Assembly: GCA_903885665.1 (NCBI GenBank)
Contig: CAISJL010000013.1
Location: 4,689 to 68,688, forward strand
Origin: an uncultured beta proteobacterium
GTDB lineage: Bacteria > Pseudomonadota > Gammaproteobacteria > Burkholderiales > SG8-41
Direction of reading: 5' to 3'
DNA length: 64,000 nt
Every line of letters begins with the position of its first letter. Within the stretch, counting starts at the first letter, position 1. Below the pieces are notes generated by a model. That model was not told the origin of the DNA. It saw only the letters and a list, made by a program, of their open reading frames with translations, and did no database searches. The position numbers and the translations under genes were made by a program. Of the stretch, positions 59,406 through 64,000 are shown in pieces.

Positions 59406-60482
59406 ATGTCATTTGTGCCAGAGCCACATCCTAAGCTCACCATTTCTGGCGATTTTCGCACTGACACCGTCACGCAGCCCACGCCGGCAATGCTCGCCGC
59501 GATGCAACAAGCATCACTCGGCGACGACTCACGTGACGGCGACCCTACAGTCATTGCACTCGAAGCGCTTGCTGCAGCGCGCACCGGTAAAGAGGCAGGC
59601 CTCTTTATGCCTAGTGGCACTATGACCAACTTAGTTGCAGTCCTCACCCATACGGCACGCGCAGGCGAAGTCTTGCTCGAACAAGGTGCGCATATTCTCA
59701 ATACAGAACTAGGCGGTCTGTCCGCCGTTGCCGGTGTATTTTATAAAGGTATCCCAGGAGCGCGTGGCGCCATGGATCTGGAGAGACTTCACCACAGCAT
59801 CCGCCCCATGACGCGCAATAATTTCGCCACCGCGCTAATTTGTATGGAAACCTCGCACAATGGCGCTGGCGGGAGTGTTCTGCCACTCAGTCACATGCAA
59901 GCCGTCTACAGCCTAGCTCAAAATCATGGTGTGCCTGTGCACACCGATGGCGCGCGACTATTTAATGCCGCCATCCACCTCGGACTCCCAGCATCCGCGC
60001 TGACTCAATATACCGACTCTGTCTCATTCTGCATTTCCAAAGGCTTGTCTGCGCCGGTTGGATCAGTGTTATGTGGCTCGGCCGCCTTTATCGCCAGGGC
60101 CCGCCCGTTTCGGCGTATGGTGGGCGGAAATCTTCGCCAAGCTGGGCTAATCGCCGCCGCAGGTATTGTGGCCTTGGAGCAGATGGTCGAGCGCCTAGTC
60201 GAGGATCATCACCACGCCCAACAACTCGCCCAAGGTCTACACCGCCTCGATCCGCAATGGCTAGACCCAACTACGGTTGATACGAATATTGTGAGGCTCA
60301 ACGTGAGTGGCACTACTCGCAACGCCCAACAGTGGTCTGATGCCTTGCTCGGCCATGGCATCCAAGTCAGCCCTGCAGATAACGGACATCTACGCTTTGT
60401 TACCCACCGCCATATCACACCAGCGACCATCGCTCAGGTGCTGGCCGCCTGCGAGCACATCCGTGGCACGCCAGTCATATAA
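59406..60482 (+). CDS. ltaE: Low-specificity L-threonine aldolase (PLP-dependent)
   Basis: DFRTDTVT, GDD...DPTV..LE, PSGTM.N, HTDGARLFNA, SKGL.APVGS. Confidence 0.88.
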   Translation: MSFVPEPHPKLTISGDFRTDTVTQPTPAMLAAMQQASLGDDSRDGDPTVIALEALAAARTGKEAGLFMPSGTMTNLVAVLTHTARAGEVLLEQGAHILNTELGGLSAVAGVFYKGIPGARGAMDLERLHHSIRPMTRNNFATALICMETSHNGAGGSVLPLSHMQAVYSLAQNHGVPVHTDGARLFNAAIHLGLPASALTQYTDSVSFCISKGLSAPVGSVLCGSAAFIARARPFRRMVGGNLRQAGLIAAAGIVALEQMVERLVEDHHHAQQLAQGLHRLDPQWLDPTTVDTNIVRLNVSGTTRNAQQWSDALLGHGIQVSPADNGHLRFVTHRHITPATIAQVLAACEHIRGTPVI

Positions 60483-60779
60483 ACTCCAGCACAACTAGCC
60501 GAATGGCAACTGTGAGCAAATACTCACTTTTTAGGTCTAAATCACCCGACAAATCCACCATTAGAATATAAATAATTGATTATTAACGGTTATTTAATTT
60601 TTAATTTAAATACCTTCCAGATTACTTGATCGATCCAAGCAGATTCGGTATCTTAAGCAACCTGTGCTGCAAGATTTCAAAAGGCAGTTGGGGTAATACC
60701 TTCAATCCATTACACCAGCTGTTTGCCCCGATATAGCGCCATGTTCACCACTGTTCATGACACCATATTAGGATGTTAA

Positions 60780-60968
60780 ATCAACCGAGCGACTGACAAA
60801 CTGGATGCTAGAAACATTGGCGTCGTGGGCTGTTTGACTACCGCTCGTAGCGGCTCAGCTGTGTTATTTAATATTGTGATGACAATATTTTCTAATGCAG
60901 AGTTTTGTGGTGTATTACTTTTTTCTTGATTGCTTTTTTTTAGCCGGCTCTAGGGCCGGCTTTTTTTT
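60780..60968 (+). ncRNA. Candidate small RNA (5' end uncertain)
   Basis: ORF-free 540-bp spacer with small hairpins and a plus-strand-only terminator far from any plus-strand stop codon. Confidence 0.3.
60942..60968 (+). terminator. Strong intrinsic terminator (plus strand)
   Basis: AGCCGGCTC-TAG-GGCCGGCT stem running into T8. Confidence 0.8.
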
Positions 60969-61026
60969 GGCAACATGCGCATCGTCATCCCGAGACGACC
61001 AAGCCCCCACCCACAATTCACGCTCA

Positions 61027-61332
61027 CTAATGTAATAAACCATCCATAGCAATCGCTAAGTGGCGATACAAGGCGTTCGGGTCAACCCGAATGCCACCAC
61101 GCCAAGTCAACGCATGGGAAAAAGGATCTAGTGCAATCTCACGGAACACTGAGCCATCAGAGAGCTGATCAAGAATCGACTGCTCGACACAGTCGCCTAA
61201 ATAAACATAGCCCTCTAGCCCATCATCGAAACTCAGCCACAGGGTGCAATTGTCCTCAGTGCGCCAAGCCGTGACTCGTCGCATTGGGTTACGCGCACTA
61301 CGATACCGCCGGACTTTTAAACTCAGTGCCAT
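61027..61332 (-). CDS. DUF2442 domain protein (antitoxin-like), no cognate partner nearby
   Basis: V......TLWLSFDDG.EG.V.L...L.D..VF..I.LD....LTW.GG..VDP.ALY pattern. Confidence 0.7.
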   Translation of the reverse strand: MALSLKVRRYRSARNPMRRVTAWRTEDNCTLWLSFDDGLEGYVYLGDCVEQSILDQLSDGSVFREIALDPFSHALTWRGGIRVDPNALYRHLAIAMDGLLH

Positions 61333-61453
61333 CTCTGCAATCCTAAATCTAGACCTGCAAACCCTGCGCAGATTGATTCAACTAGTTTGCCATCCGCCTG
61401 CTTCGTGACCACCCAACCTCAGCAGTCGCGACATCTGACCAACCGAGAGACAC

Positions 61454-62551
61454 TTAATCCCAAGACAAAGCGCCACCGGTTTGGTATTCAATCACCCGAG
61501 TTTCAAAGAAATTACGTTCTTTCTTCAGGTCAATCATCTCGGACATCCAAGGGAAGGGGTTAGTTGCACCCTCAAACAAGACTTCAAGACCAATTTGCTG
61601 GGCACGGCGATTGGCAATAAAACGCAAATACTCCTTAAACATGGCCGCGTTCAATCCTAATACCCCTCTAGGCATAGTGTCCTCTGCATAGCGATACTCC
61701 AGCTCCACGCCTTGACGGAATAACACGTTTAACTCTTCGCGAAACTCGGCTGTCCACAAATGCGGGTTCTCTAATTTAATCTGGTTTATTAAGTCAATCC
61801 CGAAGTTGCAATGCATAGACTCGTCACGCAAAATATATTGATACTGCTCAGCAGCACCGGTCATCTTATTCTGGCGACCTAACGCGAGAATCTGGGCAAA
61901 GCCGACATAGAAGAACAACCCCTCCATCAGACACGCGAACACAATTAGGCTCTTTAAGAGTTTTTGATCATTCTCTGGGGTGCCGGTCTTAAACAGCGGA
62001 TTCGTCAATACATCAATAAACGGAATCAAAAATTCATCTTTAGCGCGAATCGAGGGCACTTCGTGGTACGCATTAAAAATCTCACCCTCGTTCAAACCCA
62101 AACTCTCAACAATATATTGATATGCATGGGTATGGATGGCCTCTTCAAACGCTTGGCGCAACAAATACTGACGACACTCTGGCGCAGTAATGTGGCGATA
62201 GGTCCCCAACACAATATTGTTAGCAGCGAGGGAGTCAGCAGTCACAAAAAATCCGAGATTACGTCGCACGATCAAGCGCTCATCCTCAGTCAAACCATTG
62301 GGATCTTTCCACAATGCAATGTCGCGACTCATTTGAATCTCTTGAGGCATCCAATGATTGGCGCAAGCCGACAAATATTTATCCCAAGCCCAACGATACT
62401 TAAACGGTACTAACTGATTAACATCGGTGCTGCCATTGATCACTCGCTTATCAGCAACATTCACACGGCGCAACACGGCCTCTTCAGCGACCGGACCTGC
62501 ATTTAATTGCACACGCGGGCTTGGCAACGCAGACTCTTCAAATTGCAACAT
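61454..62551 (-). CDS. nrdB: Class Ia ribonucleotide reductase beta subunit
   Basis: [15 protein letters not shown] (radical Tyr present), EGLFFY.GF, RDESMH, NFFETRV.EY. ATG 62551 with GGAG RBS. Confidence 0.96.
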   Translation of the reverse strand: MLQFEESALPSPRVQLNAGPVAEEAVLRRVNVADKRVINGSTDVNQLVPFKYRWAWDKYLSACANHWMPQEIQMSRDIALWKDPNGLTEDERLIVRRNLGFFVTADSLAANNIVLGTYRHITAPECRQYLLRQAFEEAIHTHAYQYIVESLGLNEGEIFNAYHEVPSIRAKDEFLIPFIDVLTNPLFKTGTPENDQKLLKSLIVFACLMEGLFFYVGFAQILALGRQNKMTGAAEQYQYILRDESMHCNFGIDLINQIKLENPHLWTAEFREELNVLFRQGVELEYRYAEDTMPRGVLGLNAAMFKEYLRFIANRRAQQIGLEVLFEGATNPFPWMSEMIDLKKERNFFETRVIEYQTGGALSWD

Positions 62552-62580
62552 ACTTTTATTCTCCACTATTCATCAACACC

Positions 62581-62650
62581 GCATGATCCACATCGTTGAG
62601 ATGCGGATCATGCATCATTTTTATGATGCTAGACTTCATAGACTAGCATC
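62581..62650 (-). other. Two intercistronic hairpins between nrdA and nrdB
   Basis: GCATGATCCACATC-N5-GATGCGGATCATGC (the mismatch is a G-U pair on the minus strand) and GATGCTAG-N10-CTAGCATC. Confidence 0.55.
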
Positions 62651-62660
62651 GCAACAAGCA

Positions 62661-64000
62661 TTACTGGCAGGCTTCACATTCCGGATCAAGAATTGAACAG
62701 ACGGAAGGTTGTGGCTCAACCACACCGCCATCAGACGGCACGGCATTGAGCTGACCCGCCTTAGACGTCGACTTCTCGGTAGAGGTTGCACCCAGAGTGC
62801 GTAGGTAGTACGTAGTCTTCAAACCACGCAGCCACGCCAATTTATAAGTGTCATCGAGTTTTTTACCAGAAGCACCTGCCATGTAAATATTCAATGATTG
62901 CGACTGATCTATCCACTTCTGACGTCGCGCGGCACATTCAACCAACCAGCTCGCATCGATCTCAAAGGCGGTGGCATAAAGGTTGCGAATTTCTGCAGGC
63001 ACACGGTCGATCTTAGACAGAGTGCCGTCAAAGTATTTCAAATCCGAAATCATAACCTCGTCCCACAACTTCAATTTCTTTAAGTCGCGCACCAAAAATT
63101 CATTAACCACCGTAAACTCACCCGACAGATTAGATTTAACATATAAATTCTGATAGGTTGGTTCAATACACTGTGACAAGCCAGTAATATTGGCGATCGT
63201 CGCGGTTGGTGCAATCGCTAAACAGTTCGAATTTCGGATGCCTACCTTCTGAATTCGTTGCCGCAAGCTATCCCAATCTAGCGTCGAGGACAAGTCGCAC
63301 TCCACATAACCACCACGCTCATCGGCGAGTAACTTCACTGAATCAAGAGGTAATATGCCACGATCCCACAATGAACCCTTAAAAGTCGAGTATGGTCCGC
63401 GCTCTTCTGCCAAGTCTGAAGATGCTGAATAAGCTGTAAATGCAATTTGCTCCATTGAACGGTCAGCGAATTCCACAGCCTGATTAGAACCATAAGGAAA
63501 ACGCAACATATGCAAGCAATCCTGAAAGCCCATCATACCCAGACCAACGGGCCGATGCTTAAGGTTAGAGTTTCGCGCTTTTTCTACGGAATAAAAATTC
63601 AAATCAATCACGTTATCCAGCATACGCATTGCGGTACGTACCGTGCGTTGCAACTTTTGCATATCTAAACTGCCAGTAGCTAAATCCAGATGCGCAGGCA
63701 TATTCACCGATGCTAAGTTACACACTGCAATTTCGTCATCACCCGTATTTAAGGTAATTTCGGTGCATAAGTTAGAACTATGCACTACACCAATGTGTTG
63801 TTGTGGTGACCGTAAGTTACAAGGATCTTTGAACGTAATCCACGGGTGTCCAGTCTCAAATAACATGGTGAGCATTTTGCGCCATAGCTGATTGGCTGAA
63901 ACCGTTTTAAAGAGCTTGATCTCACCACGCGCACAGCGTGCCTCATATTCCAGATATGCGGTTTCAAATGCCTTACCAAATTTCTCGTGCAAGTCCGGCA
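62661..64000 (-). CDS. nrdA: Class Ia ribonucleotide reductase alpha subunit (3' part; 5' part outside the window)
   Basis: ETGHPW, SSNLCTEI, AVCNLAS, AIAPTATI, IDQSQS, GLKTTYY, C-terminal CEACQ. Confidence 0.96.
   Translation of the reverse strand, partial: PDLHEKFGKAFETAYLEYEARCARGEIKLFKTVSANQLWRKMLTMLFETGHPWITFKDPCNLRSPQQHIGVVHSSNLCTEITLNTGDDEIAVCNLASVNMPAHLDLATGSLDMQKLQRTVRTAMRMLDNVIDLNFYSVEKARNSNLKHRPVGLGMMGFQDCLHMLRFPYGSNQAVEFADRSMEQIAFTAYSASSDLAEERGPYSTFKGSLWDRGILPLDSVKLLADERGGYVECDLSSTLDWDSLRQRIQKVGIRNSNCLAIAPTATIANITGLSQCIEPTYQNLYVKSNLSGEFTVVNEFLVRDLKKLKLWDEVMISDLKYFDGTLSKIDRVPAEIRNLYATAFEIDASWLVECAARRQKWIDQSQSLNIYMAGASGKKLDDTYKLAWLRGLKTTYYLRTLGATSTEKSTSKAGQLNAVPSDGGVVEPQPSVCSILDPECEACQ

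Noticed and set aside
61454-62551. Class Ic (Mn/Fe, Tyr-less) ribonucleotide reductase
   Set aside because: It retains the Asp ligand (TADS) and the radical Tyr (HTHAY), so it is class Ia; no intein or intron is visible in the nrdA/nrdB parts shown.

Overview
This is a chromosomal segment of a betaproteobacterium (Burkholderiales sensu lato). The assignment rests on the Bug/TctC expansion, phaM, DUF2946, maeB, the orn/M48/rsgA/cobD block and trxA-rho-rpmE. I found no rRNA, tRNA, CRISPR array, integrase or transposase. Positions 1-18 kb are an AT-richer uptake and catabolism region: five Bug (tripartite tricarboxylate transporter) binding proteins, two atypical SDRs lacking the catalytic Tyr, a PcaD-like hydrolase, a CMD-family protein, two MFS transporters, an ABC exporter, a FrsA-like hydrolase with a Lys-rich tail, cobB, a degenerate MBL-fold protein and an exported cytochrome c5 / EF-hand / BON fusion. 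Positions 18-64 kb are mostly core genes (addAB, fdxA, trxA, rho, rpmE, ttuC, ArnT-like, hslO, bktB, pgi, orn, rsgA, fumC, maeB, pip, ltaE, nrdB, partial nrdA). An accessory patch at 33-42 kb holds a mini-Bug remnant, an MFS, an ArgH-like lyase, a GST, and a GHL6 glycoside hydrolase between two Bugs. The best leads are the cytochrome c5 / EF-hand / BON protein, a structured ~240-nt leader with a sequestered RBS on the SLT gene, pervasive 9-18 bp tandem micro-duplications at gene boundaries, the His-type SDRs paired with Bugs, and a candidate sRNA at ~60.8-61.0 kb. All family calls come from motif recognition by eye, and novelty cannot be established without database searches.
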